NCBI GenBank assembly: GCA_965222605.1
Contig: OZ244960.1
Location: forward strand, 6,144,001 to 6,208,000
Direction of reading: 5' to 3'
DNA: 64,000 nucleotides
DNA from: Candidatus Latescibacterota bacterium
GTDB lineage: Bacteria; Latescibacterota; UBA2968
Part shown: piece after piece, positions 37,677 through 47,268 of the stretch
How the letters are laid out: the number at the start of each line of letters is the position of its first letter
How positions within the stretch are numbered: the first letter of the stretch is position 1
Made by a program: the position numbers and the translations under genes
Notes under the pieces: generated by a model
What the model saw: only the letters and a program-made list of their open reading frames with translations
Databases searched by the model: none
What the model was told of the DNA's origin: nothing

Positions 37677-38753
37677 ATGCATGAACTCGTGAATGGTATT
37701 GTGCCGACAGAGGCGGGGGAGCAGGAGCGGTTGATTCAGGTTGGCGATTTGAAAGAGACGACACAGCGGCTTTATGAAGCAGTTGGTGTGCCGAGGGCAG
37801 ATGCGCAGTTGATGGCCGATTTGCAAGTTGAGACAGATGTACGCGGGGTTCACTCACACGGTACGCGGGCTGTGCCGGGTTACTTAAAGCGCATTCAAAC
37901 TGGTCACACAAATGCAAAACCCGAAATTCGCGTTGTCCGCGAAGGGCCTGCCTGGGCAACGGTAGATGGCGATGGGTGTTTGGGACATCTGGCGTCTTAT
38001 CGGGCGATGCAACTGGCAATTGCAAAAGCGAATGATCTGGGGATTGCCGCGACAACAGTTATAAACAGCCGGCACTACGGCGCAGCGGCATGTTATGCGA
38101 CGATGGCATTGGACTGGGATATGATCGGTTTTTGCGTGTCGAGCAGCAGTCGAGGTGTGGCACCTTACGGAGGGATTGATCGGCTGTTGGGCAATCACGC
38201 GCTGGCTTATGCGATTCCAGCGGGTCGAGAACATCCCATTGTTCTGGATATGGCAACGGGGCGGTCCGCCTGGGGGCGGGTGGGCACTATGCGTTTGTAT
38301 GGACGGAAATTAGACGGCGAGTGGGTGTTAGATGAGGATGGGCAGGTGACAGACGATCCGGGTCGCGCGCATGCGCTGGTAGCGCCCGGTGGCACAAAAG
38401 GATCGGGATTAAATGTGGTGATGGATGTTTTGAGCGGTATTCTGCCTTTTGGCCTGGCAACTGTGAATCGGGAGGATGAATATCAAGGGCAGCGACGGGC
38501 CAGTCACTTTTTTCAGGCGATCAAGATCGAGACATTTTGCGATGTGTCGGATTTTAAACGGGAAGTTGATCGGATGATTCAGACGATTCGGGCTTCTCGC
38601 CCCAAAGAAGGCGTGGATCGCATTTACGTGCCCGGTGAGATCGAGTGGTTAAAAAAGGCGGCCTGGGAAAAGACGGGAATTCCACTGCATAAAACCCATG
38701 TGGAAAGTCTGGAAAAAGCGGCTGAGGAATTGGGGGTGGAGGTGGCGTTTTAA
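37677..38753 (+). CDS. Ldh_2 family oxidoreductase (malate/L-lactate/ureidoglycolate dehydrogenase-like)
   Basis: RGVHSHG, VDGDGCLG, NSRHYG, LDMAT, KGSGL, YVPGE. Confidence 0.88.
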   Translation: MHELVNGIVPTEAGEQERLIQVGDLKETTQRLYEAVGVPRADAQLMADLQVETDVRGVHSHGTRAVPGYLKRIQTGHTNAKPEIRVVREGPAWATVDGDGCLGHLASYRAMQLAIAKANDLGIAATTVINSRHYGAAACYATMALDWDMIGFCVSSSSRGVAPYGGIDRLLGNHALAYAIPAGREHPIVLDMATGRSAWGRVGTMRLYGRKLDGEWVLDEDGQVTDDPGRAHALVAPGGTKGSGLNVVMDVLSGILPFGLATVNREDEYQGQRRASHFFQAIKIETFCDVSDFKREVDRMIQTIRASRPKEGVDRIYVPGEIEWLKKAAWEKTGIPLHKTHVESLEKAAEELGVEVAF

Positions 38754-39835
38754 TGGAGGAAGGCCGAGATTCCAAAATGGATGACAATAATAAACCATTG
38801 GTCTCAATTATTATTCCCCATTATTTGGGAGATATTCTTTCCGAGTGTCTGGCATTTGTCTATGCGCGGACATCGGATGTTCCCTTTGAAGTTATTGTGG
38901 CAGATGACCAGCCTTATCCCGACGGTAGTCTGGATCGGGCATTGGAGAAGTTTCCGGATATTCGCATTGTGAAGACGGGTGGGGGAAATGGAAAACCGAG
39001 CAAAGGAATGGGCGCCGGGTGCAACCGGGGGTTGGAGGTTGCAAAAGGGACGTATGCGATGTTGTTGAATTCGGATGTGGAGGTGGGCGAAGGATGGTTG
39101 CCCCCGCTGATTGATGCGCTGAAATTCGATCCCGCAATTGGGGCGTGTCAGTCCAGAGTGCGGTCGTTGCAGAATCGCAAAATGTTTGATTATGGCGGGG
39201 CTGCGGGCGGGCTGATGGACAGATGGGGATTTACGTTTTGTCAGGGCAGGATATTTGAGTTTGTCGAAGAAGATGTGGGGCAATACAATCACCCCCGCGA
39301 TATTTTTTGGGCTATTGGGGGGGCTATGTTCTTGCGTATGGATTGCCTCGATAAAACGGGGCTGATCGATGAGGACTTTGTAATGCATATGGAAGAGATC
39401 GATTTGTCCTGGCGGTTTCACCTTGCGGGGTATCGCATCTTATATGTGCCCGATTCTCTCGTATATCACTACGGCGGATTTACGCTGGGTGCAGAGAGTT
39501 ATAAGAAAGCGTATTTGAATCACCGCAATCAACTCGTGATGTTGTTGAAAAATTTTTCTATTGCGCGGCTGTTGTATAAATTCCCGATTCGCGTTGCTAT
39601 GGAATTGGCGAATTTGGGTTTGTTGCTAAAGGGCAATTGGAAACATCCCGTTGCGGCGATAGCTGGGCTTTGGTGGGTGTTGCTGCATCCGTTCAATATC
39701 TTGCGGCGGCGGCGAGAAGCCCAGCGGTTCAGAAGCGTGGGAGATGGCGAGATTGAACGGCGTCTTTTCAAGGGATCAGTGGTTTATCACTATTTTATTC
39801 GCGGTATCAAAACGGTTCGTGAGATAGGAGCGTGA
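38753..39835 (+). CDS. Glycosyltransferase family 2 (WbbL-like)
   Basis: VSIIIP, LLNSD, FDYGGAAGG, HMEEIDLSWR. Confidence 0.88.
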   Translation: MEEGRDSKMDDNNKPLVSIIIPHYLGDILSECLAFVYARTSDVPFEVIVADDQPYPDGSLDRALEKFPDIRIVKTGGGNGKPSKGMGAGCNRGLEVAKGTYAMLLNSDVEVGEGWLPPLIDALKFDPAIGACQSRVRSLQNRKMFDYGGAAGGLMDRWGFTFCQGRIFEFVEEDVGQYNHPRDIFWAIGGAMFLRMDCLDKTGLIDEDFVMHMEEIDLSWRFHLAGYRILYVPDSLVYHYGGFTLGAESYKKAYLNHRNQLVMLLKNFSIARLLYKFPIRVAMELANLGLLLKGNWKHPVAAIAGLWWVLLHPFNILRRRREAQRFRSVGDGEIERRLFKGSVVYHYFIRGIKTVREIGA

Positions 39836-39836
39836 G

Positions 39837-41000
39837 GTGAAAGCGATTGGTCTCATGTCTGGAACTTCTGCCGATGGGGTGGATGCCGCGCTTGTGGAGA
39901 TCGGAGAATCTGGTCTGTCTCTACTCGGATATGTCGAGGTACCTTTTCCCAAAGATGTCAGAAGGGAGATTTTGTCGCTTTGTGAAGGTGGACGGGTCGA
40001 TGCAATATGCCGCATGGATGCCGCGCTTGGGGAATGGTTTGCAGAAGCTGCACTCCGCGTGTGTGAGGAAGCTAATATCAGCACGGGAGAAGTCGAGGTG
40101 ATTGGATCGCACGGGCAGACGATTCAACATTTGCCCGCACTTGCCGTGGTTGCTGATAAAAAGGTGCGGTCAACGCTGCAAATTGGCAATCCCGCGGTGA
40201 TTGCAGAGCACACGGGAATCACTACGGTATCGGATTTTCGGTCGCGGGATATGGCTGTGGGCGGACAGGGGGCACCACTCGTCCCGCTGGTGGATTATCT
40301 GTTGTTTCGGTCTGAATACGCGGGACGCGCAATGCTCAATATCGGTGGTATTGCCAATGTCAATATATTGCCCGCAAACTGTGGGGTACCAGACATTTTC
40401 GCATTTGATACTGGACCTGGCAATATGGTTATTGATGGGGTTGTGCAGGCGATCACACGCGACAAACTGAGTTTCGATAGGGATGGGGATCTTGCGGGCA
40501 AAGGCCAGGTGTGTGAGGATCTGCTGGATGTGCTTATGGCGCATCCTTTTTTGGATATGGCGCCGCCCAAATCAACGGGGCGCGAAGATTTTGGGACCGA
40601 TATGGTTCAGAAAATTCTCGATTGGGAGGGTAAAGGGGAAGACCTCGTGCGTACGGCAACACAGTTCACGGTGGAGAGCATTGTACATGGGCTAAAACGA
40701 TTTGTTTTGCCCAGGTGTGAAATCCACGAGGTGATTGCAAGTGGGGGCGGCACTAAAAATCCGATTATGATGGATCTTTTGGACCGGGCACTGGGAAATA
40801 TTGCATTCAAGCGATTGGATGACCTGGGAATGGCGTCAGAAGCAAAAGAAGCTATTGCATTTGCGATTCTTGCCTATCGAACTGTGAATGGGCATCCGGG
40901 CAATGTGCCGAGTGTAACCGGTGCCGATAAACAGGTGGTGTTAGGCTCTATTACGCCGGGGAAAAGGGGTGCCCAACCATCCACCCCAAAATCTTTGTGA
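39837..41000 (+). CDS. anmK: Anhydro-N-acetylmuramic acid kinase
   Basis: IGLMSGTSADGVD, GSHGQT, DFRSRD..VGGQGAPLVP, NIGGIAN, FDTGPGN, PKSTGRE. Confidence 0.95.
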   Translation: MKAIGLMSGTSADGVDAALVEIGESGLSLLGYVEVPFPKDVRREILSLCEGGRVDAICRMDAALGEWFAEAALRVCEEANISTGEVEVIGSHGQTIQHLPALAVVADKKVRSTLQIGNPAVIAEHTGITTVSDFRSRDMAVGGQGAPLVPLVDYLLFRSEYAGRAMLNIGGIANVNILPANCGVPDIFAFDTGPGNMVIDGVVQAITRDKLSFDRDGDLAGKGQVCEDLLDVLMAHPFLDMAPPKSTGREDFGTDMVQKILDWEGKGEDLVRTATQFTVESIVHGLKRFVLPRCEIHEVIASGGGTKNPIMMDLLDRALGNIAFKRLDDLGMASEAKEAIAFAILAYRTVNGHPGNVPSVTGADKQVVLGSITPGKRGAQPSTPKSL

Positions 41001-41098
41001 GCGTCGTTGAGTTGATGATACTGGCGCAGTTATATTCCGTTTCGTATATTTCTTTGCTACGCTACCAGTATGTGAGCGGATGATTCGAGGAAAAGGCT

Positions 41099-41923
41099 AT
41101 GGTTTTTGACATCTTACTCATTGCAACAGGAGTGGCATACATCGTCAGTGCTCTGGGTTATGCATTGGACTTTCACGGGCCTAAAGCGTACTGGCGTGAC
41201 CTGTGTACCTGGGGAATATGGGGGGCCTGGTGTATGCACACTGTGCTCCTGGCCCTTATTACAATTTCTGCTGGCGAGGTGCCTTTGACCAGTCAGGTTT
41301 TGCCATCGCTGTGCGCGTGGCTGGTCGCGGTTGTTTATATTTATCTCGAAGTGAGTACGCGAGATCGGTCTTTGGGTGTGCTCATCGTGCCTATTGTGGT
41401 AATTCTGCACATGTTGACGCTCACAAAATTGCTGGGTATTGAGAATATTCAGGTTACGGGATATAGCGGCGGGTGGTTTGAACTGCATGTACTGGCTTAT
41501 GGCCTTGCGTACACGGCTTTTGCGATTTCCTGTGTTGGAGGTGTGATGTATCTGATGCTTTTGAGCGAAATTCAGGCCAAGCATTTTGGTTTTTTTTATT
41601 CCCGTCTGCCTTCACTCGAGGTATTGAATCAGATCACTAACCGCGCTGCCACTTTTGGATTTGTCTTTTTGACGGGCGGTACTATTGCCAGTTCAGTGTG
41701 GGCATTTCAACATCTTTCGCAGTTTTCTATATGGCGCGAGCCGGTATTTTTGCCCGTTTTGATTGCCTGGTTTATTTATGCGGGCAATCTCGCCGCGCGG
41801 TGGTGGGGCGGCTGGCAAGGCAAGCGGGCGGTTTTTTTGTCTATCATGGGTTTTGTGCTCGTCATTCTGGCATTTCCCGTGGTGGGTGTTCTTTTTTCTG
41901 GTCCCCACAATTTAGGACCTTAG
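41099..41923 (+). CDS. Cytochrome c assembly (CcsA)/HemX-like membrane protein
   Basis: LHV, RLPSLE, GWQGKR; about 8 TM segments; leads the hem operon. Confidence 0.8.
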   Translation: MVFDILLIATGVAYIVSALGYALDFHGPKAYWRDLCTWGIWGAWCMHTVLLALITISAGEVPLTSQVLPSLCAWLVAVVYIYLEVSTRDRSLGVLIVPIVVILHMLTLTKLLGIENIQVTGYSGGWFELHVLAYGLAYTAFAISCVGGVMYLMLLSEIQAKHFGFFYSRLPSLEVLNQITNRAATFGFVFLTGGTIASSVWAFQHLSQFSIWREPVFLPVLIAWFIYAGNLAARWWGGWQGKRAVFLSIMGFVLVILAFPVVGVLFSGPHNLGP

Positions 41924-41926
41924 GCC

Positions 41927-42556
41927 ATGCGCTATCCCGTGTTTTTGAATTTGGAAAATAAATTGTGTGTTGTGGTTGGGGCGGGGCGCGTTGCCGAACG
42001 CAGAGTGCGCGGGCTGTGCAATGCGAGCGCGCGGGTTCGTGTTGTGGGTATAACCGCGACTGAGGGCATTCTGAAATTGGCCGATGAAGGCGCGATACAT
42101 TTGTGGCTAAGGGCATTTGAGCCAAGCGATTTGGACGGCAGCGCGCTCGTGATTGCCGCGACTGATCATGCAGGTGTCAATCGGGCGGTGCAGGCGGCGG
42201 CGAAATGCCGAGGGATTTTGTTCTGCGGTGCAGATCCGCATACGGATAGCGATTTTATTGTGCCCGCGGTTGTGCGGCGCGGCGACTTACAGGTGGCGAT
42301 TTCTACAGGGGGCAACAGTCCTGCGTACGCCGTGCTGTTGCGCCGGGAAATTGAGGCATTTTTGGAAGATGGACACGCTGGTTTGCTGGATATGATGGCG
42401 GGTTTAAGGCACAGAGTTTATGCGCGATTCCCCGATGCACCAGACCGTCGGCAAGCGTTTTGGCAACAGTTGGTGACAGATGATACGCTTGCCCTCGCGC
42501 GTCAGGGCAAGTGGGCTGAAATTGAGGAGAGGATTGAAGTATGTCTCTCGTCGTAA
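41927..42556 (+). CDS. Precorrin-2 dehydrogenase/sirohydrochlorin ferrochelatase (SirC/CysG N-terminal-like)
   Basis: YPVFL, VVGAGRVAER, DFIVPA, AISTGGNSP. Confidence 0.88.
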   Translation: MRYPVFLNLENKLCVVVGAGRVAERRVRGLCNASARVRVVGITATEGILKLADEGAIHLWLRAFEPSDLDGSALVIAATDHAGVNRAVQAAAKCRGILFCGADPHTDSDFIVPAVVRRGDLQVAISTGGNSPAYAVLLRREIEAFLEDGHAGLLDMMAGLRHRVYARFPDAPDRRQAFWQQLVTDDTLALARQGKWAEIEERIEVCLSS

Positions 42557-43842
42557 TTGGACTGAGTTATCGCACGGCACCTGTTGAAATCCGAGATGGA
42601 GTCGCGGTTTTGCCCCAGGCTTTGGATGCGATTCTCCAATACTTTTCCAGCGTGCCGGAGATTGCCGAATGCGCGGTTTTATCGACGTGCAATCGCTCGG
42701 AAGTCTATTGTGTTGCCGCGGATATTCACGCTGCCCGCGCGGCAGTGATCTCGGGGTGGGGCAAGCAAAGTGGGCTGGATGCCGACGCGTTGGGGCGGCA
42801 CATGTTTGTCTATCGCGGTGCAGAAGCCGTGCGCCATCTTTTCAGGGTCGCCTGTGGGTTGGATTCCATGGTAATGGGCGAGCCACAAATTGCCGGTCAG
42901 GTAAAAGAGGCCGGGGCTGCCGCACTGTCTATGGGAACGAGCAAGACTGTGTTGAATCGCTTATTTCGCTCTGCGACCGAGGTTTCAAAGCGGGCGCGTA
43001 CAGAAACGGAGATTGCAACAGGTGCTGTTTCCGTCAGTTTTGCAGCGGTGGAACTCGCAAAGAAAATTTTCGGCAATCTCGAAGGACATACGGCTCTGGT
43101 GCTTGGTGCTGGCGAGATGAGTGAATTGACGGCGCGGCACCTCGCCGACAACGGGGTGAAGTCTTTGCTGGTGACGAGTCGCACGTTCGAGCGAGCACAA
43201 AATCTGGCGGTGCGCGTGGGCGGTCGCGCCATTTCATGGGACGATGGGATAGGTAATTTGCACGGCGCAGATGTTGTTATCAGTTCCACGAGCGCGGAAA
43301 CTTATGTTCTGGAACGTCACCATGTGACAGCGGCGATGCAAAAGCGTAATAACCGCTCAATGTTTTTGATCGATATTGCCATGCCGCGCGATATCGATCC
43401 TGCAGTTGGCGATCTGTACAATGTGTTTTTATACGATCTCGACGATCTGGAATCTGTTGTTGGCGCGAATTTGGAGAAGCGAAAAATTGAAGCGGATAAA
43501 GTCAGTGTAATCATAGAAGAAGAGATTGGGAATTTTTCTGCGTGGATAAATTCTCTGGCGGTTGTGCCCGCGATTGTGGCATTGCGTGGGCATTTTCAAT
43601 CTTTTATGGATTCGGAACTCGCACAGGCCAAGTTCAGTGAATTTTCAGATGATCAACGCGCTCAAGTTGCCAATTTGATGCGCCGATTTATGAATAAGGT
43701 ACTGCACAAGCCAGTGACGCGCCTTAGAGAGGCTGGCGAGGAAGAAGATGGTGGGGCTTATGTGGCGGCACTTTCCTATTTGTTTGATCTGGTGGTTGAG
43801 GGACATCCAAAAAAAGAAATTGAAGAGGTGCGAGGCTCATGA
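42541..43842 (+). CDS. hemA: Glutamyl-tRNA reductase
   Basis: STCNRSE, GLDSMVMGEPQI, GAGEM, DIAMPRD. Confidence 0.95.
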   Translation: MSLVVIGLSYRTAPVEIRDGVAVLPQALDAILQYFSSVPEIAECAVLSTCNRSEVYCVAADIHAARAAVISGWGKQSGLDADALGRHMFVYRGAEAVRHLFRVACGLDSMVMGEPQIAGQVKEAGAAALSMGTSKTVLNRLFRSATEVSKRARTETEIATGAVSVSFAAVELAKKIFGNLEGHTALVLGAGEMSELTARHLADNGVKSLLVTSRTFERAQNLAVRVGGRAISWDDGIGNLHGADVVISSTSAETYVLERHHVTAAMQKRNNRSMFLIDIAMPRDIDPAVGDLYNVFLYDLDDLESVVGANLEKRKIEADKVSVIIEEEIGNFSAWINSLAVVPAIVALRGHFQSFMDSELAQAKFSEFSDDQRAQVANLMRRFMNKVLHKPVTRLREAGEEEDGGAYVAALSYLFDLVVEGHPKKEIEEVRGS

Positions 43843-44762
43843 GGATAGTTATTGGCAGTCGAGGCAGTGCATTGGCTTTGTGGCAGGCCAATTGGGCAAA
43901 AAGAAAACTGGCGAGCACATATCCCGATCTCAGCGTCGAGATTGAGGTGATTAAAACAAAAGGAGATCGCCTGTCGGAAATGTCTCTGTCCCAGATTGGT
44001 GGCAAAGAGGTGTGGACAAAGGAGATAGAACACGCGCTGCTGTCGGGCAACATTGATATAGCGGTTCACAGTTTGAAAGATTTGCCGACTAAGTTGCCAG
44101 AGGGATTGGTTTTGGGCGCGGTGAGCGAGCGCGAAGATGTGCGAGATGTACTGGTCAGTAAAAATAATCGGGTGTTTTGGGAGTTGCCAGAAGGCGCGAC
44201 GGTTGCAACGAGCAGTTTGCGTCGGCAAGCACAGTTGAAACACGCGCGGCCGGATTTAAATTTTGTGTCAATTCGGGGGAATGTGGATACGCGCGTGAAA
44301 AAACTCGAAACGGAAAATTTAGATGGTATTATTCTGGCCGCAGCGGGTTTGAAGCGGTTGGGATTGGGAGATCGCATCGCGGAGTTTATCGATCCTGAAA
44401 TCTGTTTGCCCGCGCCAGGGCAGGCCGCACTGGGGATAGAAATACGAGAAGGGGATCAGAGGATTACAGAACTCGTTGGCGTTTTGAATTGTGTTGAAAC
44501 GCAGCAGGCCGTTACGGCAGAACGCGCGATGCTGGCGGCATTGGGAGGAGGCTGCCTCGTTCCAATTGGGGGATACGCGGCTGTTGACAGGGTTTCTGTG
44601 GTTGTTCTGCTGCTATCGGGCGTTGTTGCAACACCCGATGGGCGCCAGGTGATATCGAAAAAGATGGAAGGGCAGGCATCATCTGCTGAGCAGTTGGGTG
44701 TGCGCGTTGCAAAGGGATTGCTCGAACAGGGGGCAGGGGAGATATTGGACGCAAGAGCTTAG
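43839..44762 (+). CDS. hemC: Porphobilinogen deaminase (hydroxymethylbilane synthase)
   Basis: GSRGSALALWQ, AVHSLKD, TSSLRR, RGNVDTR, GGGC. Confidence 0.96.
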   Translation: MRIVIGSRGSALALWQANWAKRKLASTYPDLSVEIEVIKTKGDRLSEMSLSQIGGKEVWTKEIEHALLSGNIDIAVHSLKDLPTKLPEGLVLGAVSEREDVRDVLVSKNNRVFWELPEGATVATSSLRRQAQLKHARPDLNFVSIRGNVDTRVKKLETENLDGIILAAAGLKRLGLGDRIAEFIDPEICLPAPGQAALGIEIREGDQRITELVGVLNCVETQQAVTAERAMLAALGGGCLVPIGGYAAVDRVSVVVLLLSGVVATPDGRQVISKKMEGQASSAEQLGVRVAKGLLEQGAGEILDARA

Positions 44763-44774
44763 CAGAGAATTGTT

Positions 44775-46277
44775 ATGCAAACTGGATGTGTATATCTTAT
44801 AGGTGCTGGACCGGGCGATCTGGAATTGATAACGGTGAAGGGTCTGCGCCTGATTCGGGAAGCCGATGTGATCTTGTATGACGGGCTGGCGAATCCCGAG
44901 TTTTTGAAGGAAGCGCGGCGGGGATGTGAGTGTATCAATGTGGAAAAGCGCCCGGGTTTTCAGCGCGTGCAGCAAGATGAGATCAATCATCTGATGGTTG
45001 ATCGCGCCCAAAAAGGGTTGATGGTGGTGCGGTTAAAGGGGGGGGATCCCATTGTTTTTGGGCGCGGTGGAGAGGAAGCTGAGGTACTTAGAAACCACGA
45101 GATTCCGTTTGAGATTGTGCCGGGTATTACCAGTGCAATAGCAGCACCTGCTTATGCTGGTATTCCGGTGACGCATCGCGGTATATCCCCCCATGTGACG
45201 ATTGTAACGGGGACAACGGCTTCGCTTGAAGGCGAGGGAAAAGTCGATTGGGAAGGGTTGGCAAAAGTGGGCGGTACGCTCTTGATTTTGATGGGCACGC
45301 GAAAGCGCCGTGAAATTGCCCAACGCCTCATTGCGGGGGGGTGCCCACCCGAAACCCCCGTTGCAGCCATACAGTGGGGATCTTTGCCATTGCAGCGGAC
45401 AGTGAGGACCTCTTTGGGGGAGATGGGCGCGGTCGAAATGACCAATCCCACAGTCATTGTCGTTGGGAAGGTTGCGGCGATGGACCTGGACTGGTTTGCG
45501 TCTAAGCCCCTGTTTGGACGAACAATTGCTGTGACGCGGGCGCGCACGCAGGCAAGTGAATTGGTACGCATGCTGCGGGCGTTAGGCGCACAAGTGCTGG
45601 AAGTGCCAACTATTGTATTTGCCGAACCCCAAAATTGGCTCGATGTGGATTGTGCTATTGCAGATATTCATACATGTGATTGGCTTGTTCTGACGAGTAC
45701 AAACGGAACCGATCGCTTTTTTGAGCGTCTGTTTAAGCAGGGATGCGATGTGCGCGCATTGGGTGGAATAAAAATTGCGACTATTGGCGCAGCGACATCG
45801 GCAAGGGTGCGCGAGTGGCATTTCAATGTAGATCTCGAAGCGGCGCATCGTGCGTCAGAAGGATTGCTCGCGGCTTTTGGCGAGGATCTTTCTGGGCAGC
45901 GTTTTTTGTTGCCTCGCCCTGAAAAATCTCGGGATGTGCTTGCCAATGGGCTTCGAGAACGCGGCGGTGAAGTACGAGAACTTATTGTTTACAAAACGGT
46001 TATGCCCGAATGTTTACCAGAAAACTTTTTACAGTTGCTAAAACAAGATGCCATTGACCTAATCGCATTTACGAGTTCCTCTACGGTCTTAAATCTGGTG
46101 AATCTACTAAAAAAGACGCGGCAAAATTGGAAATCCTTGCCAGCAGCGTGTATCGGTCCCATCACAGCCCAAACCGCAGTTGTCCAGGGACTTGATGTGG
46201 TTGTCGAACTTGACGAAACATCGGTATCTATTGCTGGTCTTGTACGAGCGATTGCTGCGTATTTTAGATCTGGGTAA
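44775..46277 (+). CDS. cobA: Fused uroporphyrinogen-III C-methyltransferase / uroporphyrinogen-III synthase (CobA-HemD)
   Basis: GAGPGD, RLKGGDP..FGRGGEE, then HemD part VTRA, TSTNG, FTSSSTV, CIGPIT. Confidence 0.93.
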   Translation: MQTGCVYLIGAGPGDLELITVKGLRLIREADVILYDGLANPEFLKEARRGCECINVEKRPGFQRVQQDEINHLMVDRAQKGLMVVRLKGGDPIVFGRGGEEAEVLRNHEIPFEIVPGITSAIAAPAYAGIPVTHRGISPHVTIVTGTTASLEGEGKVDWEGLAKVGGTLLILMGTRKRREIAQRLIAGGCPPETPVAAIQWGSLPLQRTVRTSLGEMGAVEMTNPTVIVVGKVAAMDLDWFASKPLFGRTIAVTRARTQASELVRMLRALGAQVLEVPTIVFAEPQNWLDVDCAIADIHTCDWLVLTSTNGTDRFFERLFKQGCDVRALGGIKIATIGAATSARVREWHFNVDLEAAHRASEGLLAAFGEDLSGQRFLLPRPEKSRDVLANGLRERGGEVRELIVYKTVMPECLPENFLQLLKQDAIDLIAFTSSSTVLNLVNLLKKTRQNWKSLPAACIGPITAQTAVVQGLDVVVELDETSVSIAGLVRAIAAYFRSG

Positions 46278-46285
46278 AAATGCGG

Positions 46286-46314
46286 TTGACATATAGGCGG
46301 GTAAGCAGTAAATT
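46286..46314 (+). promoter_or_regulatory. sigma70-type promoter of the cohesin/sorting-domain gene
   Basis: TTGACA, 17 nt, TAAATT. Confidence 0.55.
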
Positions 46315-46359
46315 TTCAGAAATGGAGTGTGAACACTTTCATACACAGGAGGAAGCGTT

Positions 46360-47166
46360 ATGAAACGTTTGATTATTGCGACATGTTTGGGGCTGGGATT
46401 GGTTGGATCGGCCATTGCTGGACCTTTGACACAGGGTATAGAATTTACGGGCGGTGAAAATAGCCTGGCAGGTCTGGTGCTGCAACGCACGCAAAATATT
46501 GTCGCCGAAGATGGCGTTTTGAAGTTACAGGTTGCTATCAATCATGCGCAGAAATTGAAGGGTTATGGCTTTGTGCTACAGTACGATCAATCCAAGTATG
46601 AGTTTGTCGAAGCACGCCAGGTCGATCAAAATCTGCTCGATGCGAGCAGTGCCCAACCCGCGCTATTTCTCGCGTCTAACAAGACGCCTGGGCAAGTGGC
46701 TGTTGGCGCGATGAAGGTCGATGGTCAGGCGGTCAGCGGCGACGGTGGTCTGGTTGAGTTTACGTTTAAGACCACACACACACCGCTTGCCTCTGATTTT
46801 CAAATTCTCGACGGTGTGATGGTTGATTTGTCAGGCGGGATTGATGCGATTACCAATATTGAAATTGGTGCCCTCAAGCCCATGCCCAGAGATTACGCCC
46901 TTGGACAAAATGTCCCGAATCCCTTTAACCCCTCCACGACGATTGAATATCGGTTGCCCGAAGCCGGTGACGTCCAACTGGTGATCTACAATCTGCTCGG
47001 GCAGGAAGTTCGCACCTTAGTTCAAGAGTCGATGGATGCAGGTTTTCACTCGGTCGTTTGGGATGGCACGGATGGATTTGGCAAGCAAGTAGCCAGTGGG
47101 ATTTATATTTATCGCATGTCAGTGGCTGATTTTACCCAGGTTCAACGCATGATGTTGCTGAAGTAA
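46360..47166 (+). CDS. Secreted cohesin-like domain + FlgD-Ig/T9SS-type C-terminal sorting domain protein
   Basis: Signal peptide; LKGYGFVLQYD....EFV and GDG.LVEFTFK cohesin-like strands; LGQNVPNPFNP.T.I.Y.LP...IYNLLGQEVRTL...WDG...G..VASGIYIY. Confidence 0.8.
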   Translation: MKRLIIATCLGLGLVGSAIAGPLTQGIEFTGGENSLAGLVLQRTQNIVAEDGVLKLQVAINHAQKLKGYGFVLQYDQSKYEFVEARQVDQNLLDASSAQPALFLASNKTPGQVAVGAMKVDGQAVSGDGGLVEFTFKTTHTPLASDFQILDGVMVDLSGGIDAITNIEIGALKPMPRDYALGQNVPNPFNPSTTIEYRLPEAGDVQLVIYNLLGQEVRTLVQESMDAGFHSVVWDGTDGFGKQVASGIYIYRMSVADFTQVQRMMLLK

Positions 47167-47222
47167 TGGCGCATTCGAAAAGGGTACAACTGGCCGGGGA
47201 ACACTCAAGCCAGTTCAGTTTC

Positions 47223-47255
47223 GAGGCCGCTTCTTTTGAGGCGGCCTTTCTTTTT
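47223..47255 (+). terminator. Intrinsic terminator
   Basis: GGCCGC TTCTTTTGAG GCGGCC followed by TTTCTTTTT. Confidence 0.6.
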
Positions 47256-47268
47256 GGGGGGGAGTATC

